A DNA stretch of 64,000 nucleotides from an uncultured Verrucomicrobiae bacterium. GTDB taxonomy: Bacteria > Verrucomicrobiota > Verrucomicrobiia > Chthoniobacterales > JAFAMB01. The stretch's first letter is position 1, and each line of letters starts with the position of its first letter. The stretch lies in NCBI GenBank assembly GCA_963808535.1, contig CAWEGF010000013.1:70-64069 (forward strand). Reading direction: 5' to 3'. Both the position numbers and the translations under genes were made by a program. Under the pieces are notes generated by a model, which saw nothing but the letters and a program-made list of their open reading frames with translations, made no database searches and was not told the origin of the DNA. Shown here one piece after another: positions 31,163 through 42,769 of the stretch.

Positions 31163-33602
31163 TTACCCTGGCCACAAAAAGTGCTCTAACCGAAGGCGGG
31201 TCAGGCGATTTTTCGCTTCTTCGGAGCGTGCTCCCGCGGTGTTGGCCAATTTTTCGTAGATCGCAGCGGCAGAACTCCAGGAACGCCGGTCTTCCAGGAT
31301 TTGGGCGGCATCAAAGCCAGCCCGAAAAAACCAGAGTTGATCGCCTCCACCCTCGACCGCCAGCACATCGTAATAATTGGCCAACGCTTCATCCAGTTTT
31401 CCCAGTTTTTCGAAGCATTTTCCTTTTTGGTAGAGAGCTTGCTGCCTCCACTGGGTGGGCAATCCTTCGCTGGAAAGGAGCGCGTCAAACACCGTGATGG
31501 CTTGCTCATACAACTTCGGCTCATTGGCGGCCAAGGTGAACAAGGATTCGCCTTTTCCATCTAACGCTTGGTAGCGGATGTCCATAGGGGGATTCTGGCT
31601 GAGCAGGTCGTCGATTAAGACAATGGCTTCTTTTTCATGTTTCGTCTGGCGCATGGTCGTCGCTTGCTCAAGGCGGGCCTGAAATTTTAACGGTCCTCCG
31701 AGCTTGTACACATCCTCGAAAAGCGAAATAGCGCGATCGACCGAGGCTGAGTTGAGGCTTTTTCGAGCAGCTTCCCCAGCCAGAAAAAGGGCGGTTTCCA
31801 CCAAGGGCGAGTCAGGGGAATCCTCCCTGACCAACTCGAACTGCGTTTGCGCATTCGGGAAGTCGTTCTCTCTGAAATAGATTTCTCCAAGCTTTAATCG
31901 AACCTCGGCCTTGGCAGGGGAGTCTGGGTATTTCTGGAGATAGTCCTGGGCCAGAGCCTGCACCGAGCGCGCGCTTTGAGAGGGGTCCGACGCGGCAACA
32001 AAAAATTTGACCCGATCCGTTTTCTCATCGACCTGCGAATCGCCCTTCATGGCGACCGCGCTCAAGGCTTTTCGCGCGCCATTTAAATCAGGGGGTTGTT
32101 CTGACATCCGGAGCTCCGCCTGAATGAGGTGTGCTGGTCCCGTTTGCGAATGCTCTGGAAATTGTTTGACGAACTTTCGGAGTGTTTCGTCCGCGGAGGC
32201 ATTGCCGGATTTGGCCTCCAACAATCCTTTGTCAAAAAGCAGTTCCCCAACCAGATTTTCATTCGGCTTCCGTTCCTGGAGCTCACGAAATGCCTGTTCG
32301 AAATCGGACACCTCCCCGAGTTGCAGACTGCAGACGGCCCAGTTGAAAAGGACATTTTGCCGTTCGTAACCGAACTTCATGGCCAGACTGCGAAAAATGT
32401 CTCTGGCGGCCAGGATGTTGCCACTTAGATATTTTGCTTCGCCGACGAGATTATCAGCTTGGAAACGATCCTCAGGCGAAAGGTTGGCAGAGTGCTCCAG
32501 CAGGTTCTCAAGCTGGTTGATCGCCTCTTCGAAATGCCCGGCGCCAATTTGCTGATGCCCTAAAATCAGAGAGGCTACGACCGCCGTCGGATGATCGGGA
32601 AATCTATCCACCAGCTTGCGGCAGTTCTGAGCTGCCTCGGTGCTCAGTCCCTGTTGAATTTGCAGCCGCATCAGATAGTAGAGCGCGTAAGCGGGGCGAT
32701 CGGGCCCGGCGGTTTCCGTACTTTCCGCGGCCCAGCGGACCAGTTCCGAAGTCTCCGGATTGTTCTCCTTGGAATAAATCTCGAATAGGTTCTGAAACAA
32801 GTCACCGAGGACCGCGCTTCTCGGTTGGTCCGAGATCAATTTTTCCAGTTCGTTTTCTGCCTCTTCGTATTCCTGCTTTTTCCATCAGGACTTTGGCTAG
32901 GCCGAGGCGCGCCACTGCCACGATCCGAAACGTCCGATCTTCCGGTTTTTCGAGAACCTTATTAAAGGCGGCCAAGGCTTCTTCGAGTTTTCCTTGTTTC
33001 AAAGCCAGCTCGCCTTGGAGGCATATTTTTTCTACCTCGATCTTTCCAGAACTGGCTTTCAAAACAGAAACGAGTTTTTCGGCTTCGGAAATTTTCGATT
33101 CGAGCAGGTATATTTCTGCCGCCAGCAGTTGCGCTCTCGGATCCGCCGATGATTCATCTCTAATCAGAGGTTCGAGAGTTTGCAGAGCGGAGTCCAATTC
33201 ACCGGTGGCCTTCTGCGCATCTGCCAGGCCTATTCGCGCCTCGAGCGAAAACTCGTTGGTCGATCCGGCCAGCTCCGTGAAATAAATAGCCGCTTCGGTG
33301 AAACGTCTGGATCGCAAAGCCTCTTGAGCCTTCAAAAAGGTGGCTTCTGGTCCGGTGGCACTTTCCAGCACTTGCGCTGCTTCCTCCATCTTTTGCGTTT
33401 CGATGAGGCAGCGGGCCAAAAGTATCTTCGCGATTTCCACCCGAATCTGCGGTTGCCGGGTGGCCAAAAATTGGTGGAGTTTGGTGATGCTGACTTCCGG
33501 AATTCCGCCGAGATGTGCCTGGATGGCGTCGTCCAGTAGATCGGCTCGGAGTGGACCTCCAGCGACCATCAGGAGGATCGCGGCAGCGAGAAGCGGTCTC
33601 AT
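31163..33602 (-). pseudogene. Large secreted tetratricopeptide-repeat (TPR) protein, one frame change at ~32830
   Basis: Signal-like [20 protein letters not shown]. Pieces 32802-33602 and 31163-32839 both show repeated A/L/Y-rich 34-aa-type helical repeats. The start overlaps the uvrA stop (ATGA). Confidence 0.6.
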
Positions 33603-36496
33603 TCGGGAGCGAGTGCCCGCTGCAAATAGCGACCGGTGTGACTTCCTTTAACCAGCACTACCTGTTCGGGGGTGCCTTGGGCGATGACTTGTCCCCCGCC
33701 TCGTCCTCCTTCTGGCCCTAGATCGATCACCCAGTCCGCGCATTTGATCACTTCGAGGTTATGCTCGATGACGATTAGGGTGTTTCCCTGGTCGCGCAGT
33801 TTTAGCAGAACCTCGAGAAGTTTCTGAATATCCGCGAAATGGAGGCCCGTGGTAGGTTCGTCCAGAATATAAACGGTTCTTCCGGTCGCTTTCTTCGCCA
33901 GTTCTGCGGCCAGCTTGACACGTTGGGCCTCGCCTCCTGAAAGCTGGGTTCCGGATTGTCCGAGGGTGAGATAACCCAACCCCACCGCGACCAGCGGCTC
34001 GAGCTTATCAAAGATCGCCGGTACGTTCCGGAAAAACCGGGCTGCTTCGTCGACCGACATTTTCAAGACGTCAGAGACATTCTTACCGCGGAAAGTGATC
34101 TCCAGAGTTTCCCGATTATACCGGGCGCCTCGGCAGACTTCGCATTCGACATAAACATCGGCCAAAAAATGCATCTCGATCTTGATTACGCCGTCGCCTT
34201 GGCAATTTTCGCAGCGGCCCCCTTTCAGGTTAAAACTGAAACGACCGCTGTCGTAACCGCGGATTCGTGAGGCAGGCAATTGGCTGAAAAGCTCGCGAAT
34301 TGGTCCAAAAGCACCGGAATAGGTAGCGGCATTCGATCTCGGCGTCCGGCCGATGGGGCTTTGATCGATTACGATCGCCTTATCCACCTGGTTAATGCCT
34401 TCGATGGAACGATGGGCGCCAGGGCGGTCTTTTGATTTATAAAAATGCCGGAACAACGATTTCCTGAGGATGTCATCGACGAGCGTTGATTTGCCACTCC
34501 CTGAGACGCCAGTGACGCAAACGAAGCAGCCCAGCGGAAATGAAACGGTCAGATCTCGCAGGTTGTTTTCCTTGGCGCCGACCACCGTCAGCCAACCCTC
34601 AGTGCCTGGGTCCGGAATGCGATCGCGGTTGTAAAGAAGACCCTTGGGCAAAACTCTGGCGCGGGGAATCGGGATCCGCAGCGCTCCGGAAAGGTATTGA
34701 CCGGTCAGCGATTCAGGATTGCTTTCAATCTCGTGAATGGAACCGCTCGCCACGATTTGCCCACCCCGTGGGCCGGCTCCCGGTCCGAGGTCGATGATAA
34801 AGTCGGCGGCGCGAATGGTGTCTTCGTCGTGTTCTACCACCACCACGGTGTTTCCGAGGTCGCGCAAATGCTTTAAAGTCGCGAGCAGTCGATCGTTGTC
34901 CCGTTGATGCAGCCCGATACTCGGTTCATCCAGCACGTAAAGAACACCCGCCAGTCCGGAACCGATTTGCGTTCCCAGGCGAATCCGTTGCGCTTCTCCT
35001 CCTGACAGGGTGCCGCTCTCCCGGTTCAGCGTCAGGTAGCCAAGCCCAACTTCCACCAGAAAAGTGAGCCGGTTTCGAATCTCTCTCAGTAGTTCTGTCG
35101 CCACTACCCGCTGATGTTTGGAGAGATGGATGTTTTCGATAAAGCTTTTCGCTTCTTCGATCGTCAAGGCACAGAATTCGTGAATATTCAGCTCTTTGTC
35201 GTGCAAGTCCCGGATCGTGACCGCAAGAATTTCGGGTCGCAGCCGTGCTCCGTGGCAGAGTCGGCAACTGCGACGTGCCTGGTAACTTTTGAGCCGTGAC
35301 CGGGTAAATTCACTCTCGGTTTGCCGAAAAAGATTCTCGAGTTGGGCAATAACTCCGTCGAACGGTCGCTCGACAATCTTTTCACCAAAGGCCACTTGGA
35401 TCGCTCGATTCCCGGTGCCGTAGAGAAGTGCTTTCTTGAAATCTGCCGGTAGGTCGGCAAAAGGCGTTTCCAGACTGATCCCAAACAAATTCGCCAACGC
35501 TTTCAGTTGCGCGTTGTAGTAGGATTGCATCCTTTTGGTTGCTTTCCGCCACGGGGCAATCGCCCCGCCGGTGAGAGACTTGGTCGGGTCTGGGATAACC
35601 AGCTCAGGATCAAAATATCCCTCGGACCCCAGTCCTTGGCATTCGGGGCAGGCGCCGGCCAGACTGTTAAAGGAGAAATGTTTCGGCGTCAGCTCCGGCA
35701 GCAGGAAATCCGTTTTTGGGTTGCAGAAGTGAGTCGAATAAGGGGTATCATCCCAGCCTGGTTCATCAGGGCGTTGATGGCTGACGATAATCCGGTTTTT
35801 CCCCCACATTAAGGCGGTATCGACAGAATCGGCCAGTCGGGTACGGACACCTTCTCGGATCACTAGACGGTCGACCACAATTTCGATCGTGTGGTGCTGT
35901 GTCTTGGCCAAGCGGATCGGTTCGGGCCGGGCCAGTTCCAGTACTTCTCCATCGACCCGGATTCGAACAAACCCTTCTCGTTTGATTTTTTCCAATACAT
36001 CCCGGAATTCTCCGGTTTCGTGCCGGATGATCGGGGCAATGATTAAAACGCGCGTCTCTTCAGAGTAGGCCAGGATCTGGTCGACGATTTGTTGAGGCGT
36101 CTGTTTGAAAATCTTGTCTCCGGTTACCGGATCATGGGGCTGTCCAATGACGGAAAATAAGACCCGGAGATAATCGTAGATTTCAGTCGTGGTCGCGATG
36201 GTTGACCGGGGATTAGCGACGGAACTCCGTTGTTCGATTGCGATGGCCGGTGAAAGCCCTTCGATGAAATCGACCTCAGGTTTCTCCATCTGATCGAGAA
36301 ACTGCCGCGCGTACGCCGACAAGCTTTCGACATAACGGCGCTGACCTTCCGCATACAGCGTATCGAAGGCGAGTGAAGACTTGCCTGATCCGCTCATCCC
36401 AGTGAAAACGACCAGACGTTCTCGAGGAAACTCGATGCTGACGTTTTTTAGATTGTGTTGGCGGGCGCCAATAATGCGAATCGTCTCAGCAGCCAT
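33599..36496 (-). CDS. uvrA: Excinuclease ABC subunit A
   Basis: Intact ~965-aa [28 protein letters not shown], zinc-finger CPECQGLG / CRLCHGAR / CENCQGDG / [14 protein letters not shown] twice, and VIEHN. The ATG at 36496 is preferred to the TTG at 36517. Confidence 0.95.
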   Translation of the reverse strand: MAAETIRIIGARQHNLKNVSIEFPRERLVVFTGMSGSGKSSLAFDTLYAEGQRRYVESLSAYARQFLDQMEKPEVDFIEGLSPAIAIEQRSSVANPRSTIATTTEIYDYLRVLFSVIGQPHDPVTGDKIFKQTPQQIVDQILAYSEETRVLIIAPIIRHETGEFRDVLEKIKREGFVRIRVDGEVLELARPEPIRLAKTQHHTIEIVVDRLVIREGVRTRLADSVDTALMWGKNRIIVSHQRPDEPGWDDTPYSTHFCNPKTDFLLPELTPKHFSFNSLAGACPECQGLGSEGYFDPELVIPDPTKSLTGGAIAPWRKATKRMQSYYNAQLKALANLFGISLETPFADLPADFKKALLYGTGNRAIQVAFGEKIVERPFDGVIAQLENLFRQTESEFTRSRLKSYQARRSCRLCHGARLRPEILAVTIRDLHDKELNIHEFCALTIEEAKSFIENIHLSKHQRVVATELLREIRNRLTFLVEVGLGYLTLNRESGTLSGGEAQRIRLGTQIGSGLAGVLYVLDEPSIGLHQRDNDRLLATLKHLRDLGNTVVVVEHDEDTIRAADFIIDLGPGAGPRGGQIVASGSIHEIESNPESLTGQYLSGALRIPIPRARVLPKGLLYNRDRIPDPGTEGWLTVVGAKENNLRDLTVSFPLGCFVCVTGVSGSGKSTLVDDILRKSLFRHFYKSKDRPGAHRSIEGINQVDKAIVIDQSPIGRTPRSNAATYSGAFGPIRELFSQLPASRIRGYDSGRFSFNLKGGRCENCQGDGVIKIEMHFLADVYVECEVCRGARYNRETLEITFRGKNVSDVLKMSVDEAARFFRNVPAIFDKLEPLVAVGLGYLTLGQSGTQLSGGEAQRVKLAAELAKKATGRTVYILDEPTTGLHFADIQKLLEVLLKLRDQGNTLIVIEHNLEVIKCADWVIDLGPEGGRGGGQVIAQGTPEQVVLVKGSHTGRYLQRALAPE

Positions 36497-36529
36497 CGGT
36501 GGAAACGCGGTAAACAATCACCAAAGCAT

Positions 36530-37060
36530 AAGAGTCCACCTCCGACTAGTGCTTTCCGGGGAGGCGAGGGCGCAGAGGGGGGAGGGAGAGCACGCAGGGG
36601 GATATATTTACCACAGAGACGCAGAGGACACGGAGTTTCGGAATTTTAAAATTTTCAGAAATCCGGAACTCTGTGTCTCTGTGGTAAATAATTCCTCTCC
36701 GTGTTCTCCCTTCCCCCCCTTTGCGCCCTCGCCTTAAGAGCTGATACCGAATTTTTTCTAGCCGACCATTCCGGAATTCTGAAAATTTTTTTTAAAAAAA
36801 AATCCGAAACTCGGTGTTCTCTGCGTCTCTGTGGTAAATAAATCCCCCTCCGTGCTCTCCGTTCCCCCCTCTGCGTCCGCGAATTACGGCGCCGATGCCG
36901 AATTTTGTCGCCGTCTGTTCACGATTCTTAAATTTGCAGAAAATCCGAAACTCGGTGTTCTCTGCGTCTCCGTGATAAATAAATCCCCCTCCGTGCTCTC
37001 ACTCCCCCTCTGCGCCCTCCCTCAAGCGCTGATGCCGAATTTTTGTAGCCGGCGGTAAAA
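36530..37060. repeat. Family-2 hairpin plus ~130-bp tandem units that repeat the 3' end of the NtrC-like gene
   Basis: Hairpin TTTACCACAGAGACGCAGAGGACACGGAGTTTCGGA / TCCGGAACTCTGTGTCTCTGTGGTAAA at ~36608-36690. TCCGAAACTCGGTGTTCTCTGCGTCTC(T/C)GTG(G)(T)AAATAAATCCCCCTCCGTGCTCTC occurs at ~36808 and ~36938. Each copy is followed by a ..GCTGAT(A/G)CCGAATTTT.. segment (~36730, ~36890, 37025). Confidence 0.55.
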
Positions 37061-38390
37061 AGCGCTGCGGCTCAGTCCTAGGTCTTTGGCGGCCAGGAGG
37101 GCATTTCCGCTGTGCCGAGTGAGCGCGCGGTTGATCAAGAACAACTCTGCAGCATCCAGATTCATATCTTCGAGTTGCGGTATTTTGGCGGGCGCCCCAC
37201 GAATGCCAAGATCCGTGACCTGGATCATCTCGGAACGGGTCAGCAACACCGCCCGCTCCATGACGTGACGCAACTCGCGGACATTTCCCGGCCAGCCATA
37301 CGTCTTCAAAGCGACGATCGAATCGGGATGAAATCCTTGAATCTGTTTGCGGTAACGCTGCCTCAATTCCCCAAGAAATTCTTCGGCCAGAAATGGAATG
37401 TCCTCTGCTCGTTCACGAAGAGGCGGCAAATGGATCTGAATCGTATTGAGTCGAAAGAAAAGATCTTCCCGGAATTTGCCAGCTTCGATTTCCTTCTGCA
37501 GCTCAGCGTTGGTAGCGGTCAGAATTCGCACGTCTGCGCGACGCGTCTTTGAAGAGCCTACTCTCTCAAACTCGCCCGTCTCCAACACTCGCAAGAGCTT
37601 TGCTTGTTGAGTGGCGGTAAGGTTGGCGATTTCATCGAGGAACAAGGTTCCATTGTCTGCCAGTTCGAATCTGCCTGCCCGATCGGCACGAGCATCCGTA
37701 AAGGCGCCTTTCACGTGACCGAACATTTCGCTTTCGAAAACTCCTTCCGGCAATCCTCCCATGTTGACCGTGATCAATGGTTGGGCCGAACGTAAAGACG
37801 ACTCATGCAGCATCCGAGCCACGACGCCTTTTCCCGTGCCGTTCTCCCCGGTAATCATGACGTTGGCGTCGGAAGGCGCCACTTGTTCAACCATCTCCCG
37901 GACCTGTCTCATCGCATCTAGAGTTCGCGACAAATCCCGTCGAAGGAACCTGGGTGGATCTTAAAGCGCTGTTCTCCGCCTCCAGGCGTTCTTTACCGCG
38001 TAACGCCTCCCGCAACGCAAACTGGGTGCGCAGAATGGAAACCAGTCGTTCGTTTTCCCAAGGCTTCTGCAGGAAATCTTTGGCCCCTAACCGGACCGCC
38101 TCCACGGCTAGTTGGATAGAAGCGTAAGCTGTCATCACCACCACCGGAATCGAAGAATCGATAGCGCTGATTTGTTTCAGCAAATCCAGACCTTCTTTTC
38201 CGGTAATCACATCTTGCCGATAATTCAGATCGATCAGGACAACGTCAAAATCCTGTTTCCCGAGTTTTGCCAGCACTGCGGCGGGAGAATTGACGGTAAC
38301 GGTTTCATATCCTTCTGCCGTGCAAATAAACGAGAGAGCTTTAAGGATTTCCGGCTGATCGTCGGCAATTAAGACGCGTGGAAGAGGCAT
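37022..38390 (-). pseudogene. Sigma-54-dependent response regulator (NtrC family: receiver + AAA+ + HTH), one frame change at ~37930
   Basis: Receiver VLIADDQPEI..VVLIDLNY..KDFLQKPW (37887-38390). AAA+ VMITGENGTGKGVVARMLH, GAFTDA, LFLDEI, RVGSSKTRRADVRILTATN, and a C-terminal HTH AAKDLGLSRSAFYRRLQKFGI (37022-37933). Confidence 0.85.
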
Positions 38391-38507
38391 GCTGGTGTCA
38401 AGAAAACTATTTTCCTCTCTCCCGGTTCAAGTGGATAAAAATCCGTCCGTCTGCCAGGGCAGCTATTCCTTCCTGACGAGGAAAGCTCAGGTAGAAGCGA
38501 GCCGGGA

Positions 38508-38580
<73 letters not shown>

Positions 38581-38745
38581 TTCTCGCCTTGCATAAAAAT
38601 TGCAAGCTTTGGCTGCGAGCCCGTTGTAGAATTCTGAATCCTGAATTCTGTCTCCTGACTCCTGTTTTTCCGAAGCTTTTTTCCGCCCATGCAGCTCTGA
38701 GGTTGCACAAAGCAGGAAAGATTCGTAGAAAAGGGAAAACTCTTA

Positions 38746-39702
38746 ATGAATCGTAGGTTGTTCGTTCTGGTAATGGCGGTTGCCTTCGCACCCGGGTTTG
38801 TGACAGCACAAGATACTGCCTACAAGGCGTTGCGGGTAGTGGGGGCGCAGCGTGGCGAAAAGGCTTTAAATCAGGTGACCGCGATCGTCGGTCAGTCCGG
38901 CAGACCGCAACCCGTCGCCTGGCGAGTGGTGCTCGATGATCCTGCGGCGCGCGGAGGGGAACGGGAATTGGATATCGTGTCTGGACAAGTCTCGTCCGAG
39001 CGGGCTCCAGTCCGGTCTCCCGGGTCTGGATCAGCTCCGATTGACCTGACGAAGTTGAATTTGGATTCCGACGGAGCTTTTCGAGCCGCTGAAAAAGAGG
39101 CCAGCCGCAATCAAGTCGGTTTTGACAGCGTAAATTATCGGCTTTCCGCAGATGCCGGTTCTGGCCAGCCAGTCTGGAATTTGGAGATGTTCGATTACGA
39201 GCAACGCCCAGTGGGGAATGTTCGGATTGCGGCTGGCAATGGGGCTTTGCTCAGCGCCGGGAATTGGGTTTCGGAAAATCGGAGCGTCCGTGGTCCTCAA
39301 CCCCGGCAACATGGAGATTCTGAAGCGTTAGCCGGACCGCCTCCTCCTCCGGTGGGCGATGTCAATGCTCCTCCGGCGGATTACCGTCAACCGGCGTATC
39401 AAGATCGAAAAGATTACTCAGAGGAATCCGCCGACCATACCGGGGAAACCGTTGGTCAGAGGGCCAATCGATATGGAGCCTCGGTTGTCCAATTCGGGCA
39501 GACCGTCGCTCACAAGACCACTCGGGCATTTCAGACCGTCGGTGGCTGGTTCCAGGAGAAATTTACCGGTCATAATACGATCGATCCGAAACACGGCCAG
39601 GACGATGACAATGACGAGCAGGAACCTTCCGCGGATCCTTACAATCAGCCCGTGCAACCGCGCGATCCTTACAGCCGACCCGTAACTCCGCCACCGCAAT
39701 AA
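38746..39702 (+). CDS. Secreted hypothetical protein with a Pro/Gln/Asp-rich C-terminal tail (318 aa)
   Basis: Signal-like MNRRLFVLVMAVAFAPGFVTAQ and an intact ORF. I recognise no family. Confidence 0.45.
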   Translation: MNRRLFVLVMAVAFAPGFVTAQDTAYKALRVVGAQRGEKALNQVTAIVGQSGRPQPVAWRVVLDDPAARGGERELDIVSGQVSSERAPVRSPGSGSAPIDLTKLNLDSDGAFRAAEKEASRNQVGFDSVNYRLSADAGSGQPVWNLEMFDYEQRPVGNVRIAAGNGALLSAGNWVSENRSVRGPQPRQHGDSEALAGPPPPPVGDVNAPPADYRQPAYQDRKDYSEESADHTGETVGQRANRYGASVVQFGQTVAHKTTRAFQTVGGWFQEKFTGHNTIDPKHGQDDDNDEQEPSADPYNQPVQPRDPYSRPVTPPPQ

Positions 39703-39717
39703 AAAGGAGAGGAATTT

Positions 39718-39935
39718 TTAACCACAGATTACACAGATTGGGAAAAGGTTAGGGGTTTGGGCGGGTGACGATTTTTTGCAGAAAAGGCCTCTGTCCCAAC
39801 CGACCTCGTCGAAGGACTTTTTGAACACATCGCTAAAGGACCGGTTAAATAAGAGGTGGCTTTATGCGGCAAATCGTCACCAGCCCAAACGCTAACCTTT
39901 TCCCAATCTGTGTAATCTGTGAAATCTGTGGTTAA
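39718..39935. mobile_element. Family-1 MITE copy 2 (core inverted relative to copies 1 and 3)
   Basis: TTAACCACAGATTACACAGATTGGG ... CCCAATCTGTGTAATCTGTGAAATCTGTGGTTAA. The core matches the reverse complement of the copy-1 core (GGGCGGGTGACG.., ..GTTAA.., ..CAAATCGT..). Confidence 0.6.
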
Positions 39936-39955
39936 AAGTTCCTCTTCGCCTCCCT

Positions 39956-41224
39956 CTAAAGGCTCCAAACCGATTCTCCGCCCACGATGGTCCGGACGGC
40001 TCGTCCTTTAAGTTCCCAGCCGTCAAACGGGGTGTTCCGTGAACGGGAAAACGAGTCCTCTTTGCGGAAGATCCATTCGAGTTCGGGGTCGAGGATCGTA
40101 ATATCCGCATCCGCACCTGTGCTCAACGTCCCTTTTGGCAAACGCACCAAAGTGGCCGCATTCACTGTAAACATGGCAATCAAGCGATTGAGGTCGATCG
40201 CCTTGGTGCGATGAACCAGGATCGTGAGAAACAGCCCGAGCTCGGATTCCAAACCGAGAATGCCAAACGGAGCCCGGTCAAATTCTACCTCCTTTTCGTA
40301 GGAAGCGTGCGGCGCGTGATCGCTCCCAAGCAGAGTGATGGTCCCGTCAGCCACCCCTTCGATTAACGCTTCGACATCTTGGCGGGCCCGGAGTGGCGGG
40401 TTCATCTTGTAGTTGGTATCGAACGAGCCGATCGACTCATCCGTCAGCGCAATGTGATGAGGACAAACTTCGCCGGTGATCGGAACTCCGCGTGAGCGAG
40501 CGTCGCGCAACAAGCGGACGCTGCCGCCGGAACTGAGGTGCTGACAGTGAATTCGGGTTTCGCAGAGCTCGGCGAGGAGAATATTTCGCGCTACGATTAT
40601 CTCTTCCGCAGTTCGCGGCCATCCGGCCAGGCCGAGCACGTTGCTCCAGTACCCTTCGTGCATCACGCCGCTCCCGACCATGTTGTAGTCCTGGCAATGG
40701 TCCATGACGGCCAAATCGAACATCGTTGCGTATTCAACTGCGCGGCGCATCACTTCGTGATTCTGAACGCAGTGACCATCGTCGGTGATCGCCACAATGC
40801 CGGCCTGAACCATCGATCCGATGGGAGCCATCTCTTCTCCGTTCAAGCCTTTGGTGATCGCTCCGGTCGGGAATACGTTGACTGCTGCCCAGACCCGCGC
40901 TCGATCTGCAATCCAGGCGATCGTGCTAGCGTTGTCCGCCGGTGGATCGGTGTTTGGCATGCAAACGATGGAAGAAAAACCGCCTGCCGCTGCCGCCTGG
41001 CTACCGGTCTCGATCGTTTCCTTATGAGATTGACCAGGTTCGCGCAGGTGAACGTGGATATCGATAAACCCCGGCGCCACTACCAGCTTGCGAGCATCGA
41101 TGGTTTCGCATTCACCGCTTGGCGGTTGTCCGGATATCCGCCCGTCTACTACATAAAGATCAGCTATCTCGTCCCGATCGTTCGCTGGATCGATGATCCG
41201 GCCGTCTTTAATGATCAAATCCAT
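39956..41224 (-). CDS. pyrC: Dihydroorotase
   Basis: MDLIIKDGRIIDP.., PGFIDIHVHLREPG, MPNT.P, and GSDHAPH. TAATG overlap with the pyrB stop. Confidence 0.9.
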   Translation of the reverse strand: MDLIIKDGRIIDPANDRDEIADLYVVDGRISGQPPSGECETIDARKLVVAPGFIDIHVHLREPGQSHKETIETGSQAAAAGGFSSIVCMPNTDPPADNASTIAWIADRARVWAAVNVFPTGAITKGLNGEEMAPIGSMVQAGIVAITDDGHCVQNHEVMRRAVEYATMFDLAVMDHCQDYNMVGSGVMHEGYWSNVLGLAGWPRTAEEIIVARNILLAELCETRIHCQHLSSGGSVRLLRDARSRGVPITGEVCPHHIALTDESIGSFDTNYKMNPPLRARQDVEALIEGVADGTITLLGSDHAPHASYEKEVEFDRAPFGILGLESELGLFLTILVHRTKAIDLNRLIAMFTVNAATLVRLPKGTLSTGADADITILDPELEWIFRKEDSFSRSRNTPFDGWELKGRAVRTIVGGESVWSL

Positions 41225-42202
41225 TATCGAATTCTTCTCGCCGCAGTGCTGCACAAATAAAGGACGGCCATCCGCACTGCCAGTCCGTTCGTGACCTGGG
41301 CGAGAATGACGCTTTGCGATCCGTCGGCGATATCGCTATCAATTTCCACGCCTCTGTTGATTGGTCCAGGGTGCATGATCAGACAGCTCGGTTTCAGTTT
41401 GGCCGCCCTGGCCTTCGTCAATCCGAAGAAGCGAACGTATTCGTTCAGATTGGGAAAATATTCCTTTCGCTGCCGTTCGTGTTGAACACGAAGTAGGTTA
41501 ATGACGTCTGCTGACTCCAGGACATCGTCGATATGACGTGCTACCTCGACGCCCATCTCCTCGAAGGAGCGCGGGACCAGAGTGCTGGGCCCTACCAACG
41601 TCACTTTCGCTCCAAGCTTTTTCAGCGCCCAAATGTCCGATCGAGCCACTCTGCTGAAAAGAATGTCTCCGACAATCGCCACCTTCAGGCCTTGAATTCT
41701 TCCCGAGTTGTTCGCGGATCGTAAAGACATCCAGGAGGGCCTGGGTGGGGTGCTCGTGGGCTCCGTCTCCGGCGTTGATGATGCTGGACTCGAGCCGGTC
41801 GGCCAGGAATTTTGGTGCTCCTGCCGAACTGTGACGCAGGACAATGATATCAGCGTGCAGCGCCTGCAAGTTAAGCGCCGTATCCTTGAGCGTTTCGCCC
41901 TTTTGTAAACTTGAGGTCGTCGCTGAAATATTAACTACATCCGCGCTGAGCCGAAAGGCCGCCAACTCAAACGAGGTTCTGGTGCGGGTACTCGGTTCGA
42001 CAAAAAAATTGACCATCGTTTTCCCACGCAAGGCCGGCACCTTTTTGATATCCCGCGAACCCACTGTTTTGAAGGCCGCCGCCGTGTCGAGGATCATTTC
42101 AAGTTCACTGAGCTCCAATTCCCGGATCCCGAGCAGATCTTTTCGATGCCAGTTCGCCGTTTGCTGGAGGTCTCCCGCGGGTTTGGCTGGGGCCGTTTTC
42201 AT
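41224..42202 (-). pseudogene. pyrB: Aspartate carbamoyltransferase catalytic subunit, one frame change at ~41700
   Basis: [16 protein letters not shown], the [14 protein letters not shown] segment (41498-42202), then [16 protein letters not shown].., LIMHPGPINRGVEI (41224-41844). Confidence 0.9.
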
Positions 42203-42738
42203 GGTCTTTCCAACCGGACGGAATCCGGTTCTCCATCGATATTCTGCAGGCGCACCTTTACCCGTTCTTCTGGCGAAGTGGGTAGATTTTTCCCTACATA
42301 ATCCGGCCGGATGGGCAATTCCCGGTGGCCTCGATCGAGCAGCACCGCAAACTGGATCCGCGCTGGGCGCCCAAAGGAACTGATGGCATCCATGGCGGCC
42401 CGGCAGGTTCGGCCGGTGTAGAGAACGTCGTCGACCAGAATCACGGTGAACGCTTCAAGATGAAGCGGCAGATGCGTTTCCTGGACCCGGGTGAGAGTGT
42501 GCCGAAGGCTTAGGTCGTCGCGATGCATTGAAACGTCGATCGCGCCAAACTCCGGCTCGCTCCCTTCTGCCGTCCTCACCAAATCCGTCAGGCGGCGAGC
42601 CAGTTCGACTCCGCGGGAAGGAATTCCGATCAAGGCAAAAGTGGCCGGATCCGGATTGTGTTCCAGGATTTCGTGGGCGATACGGCGCAACGCACGTGCC
42701 ATCGCGTTGCCATCCATAATCAGGATCGAGTTTGCCAT
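42199..42738 (-). CDS. pyrR: Bifunctional pyrimidine operon regulator / uracil phosphoribosyltransferase PyrR
   Basis: [19 protein letters not shown] motif [13 protein letters not shown], and [23 protein letters not shown] overlap with the pyrB start. Confidence 0.9.
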   Translation of the reverse strand: MANSILIMDGNAMARALRRIAHEILEHNPDPATFALIGIPSRGVELARRLTDLVRTAEGSEPEFGAIDVSMHRDDLSLRHTLTRVQETHLPLHLEAFTVILVDDVLYTGRTCRAAMDAISSFGRPARIQFAVLLDRGHRELPIRPDYVGKNLPTSPEERVKVRLQNIDGEPDSVRLERP

Positions 42739-42749
42739 GTCTGAACCTT

Positions 42750-42769
42750 AGTGACCTCGCAGGATCACT
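42750..42769 (-). promoter_or_regulatory. Leader hairpin resembling a PyrR-binding loop
   Basis: The transcribed strand reads AGUGAUCCUGCGAGGUCACU (7-bp stem, hexaloop) and contains UCCUGCGAGG (compare the PyrR site core UCCAGAGAGG). Its 3' end is 11 nt upstream of the pyrR start codon and abuts the AAGG Shine-Dalgarno-like sequence. Confidence 0.3.

Noticed and set aside
36530-37060. Possible CRISPR-like or spacer-repeat structure
   Set aside because: The period is ~130 bp, the 'spacers' are themselves repeated (echoes of the gene 3' end), and there are no cas genes.
38669-38745. Sigma-54 promoter upstream of the gene divergent from the NtrC-like regulator
   Set aside because: Only a TTGCA (-12-like) is present. 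No GG lies at the required 10-nt upstream spacing.
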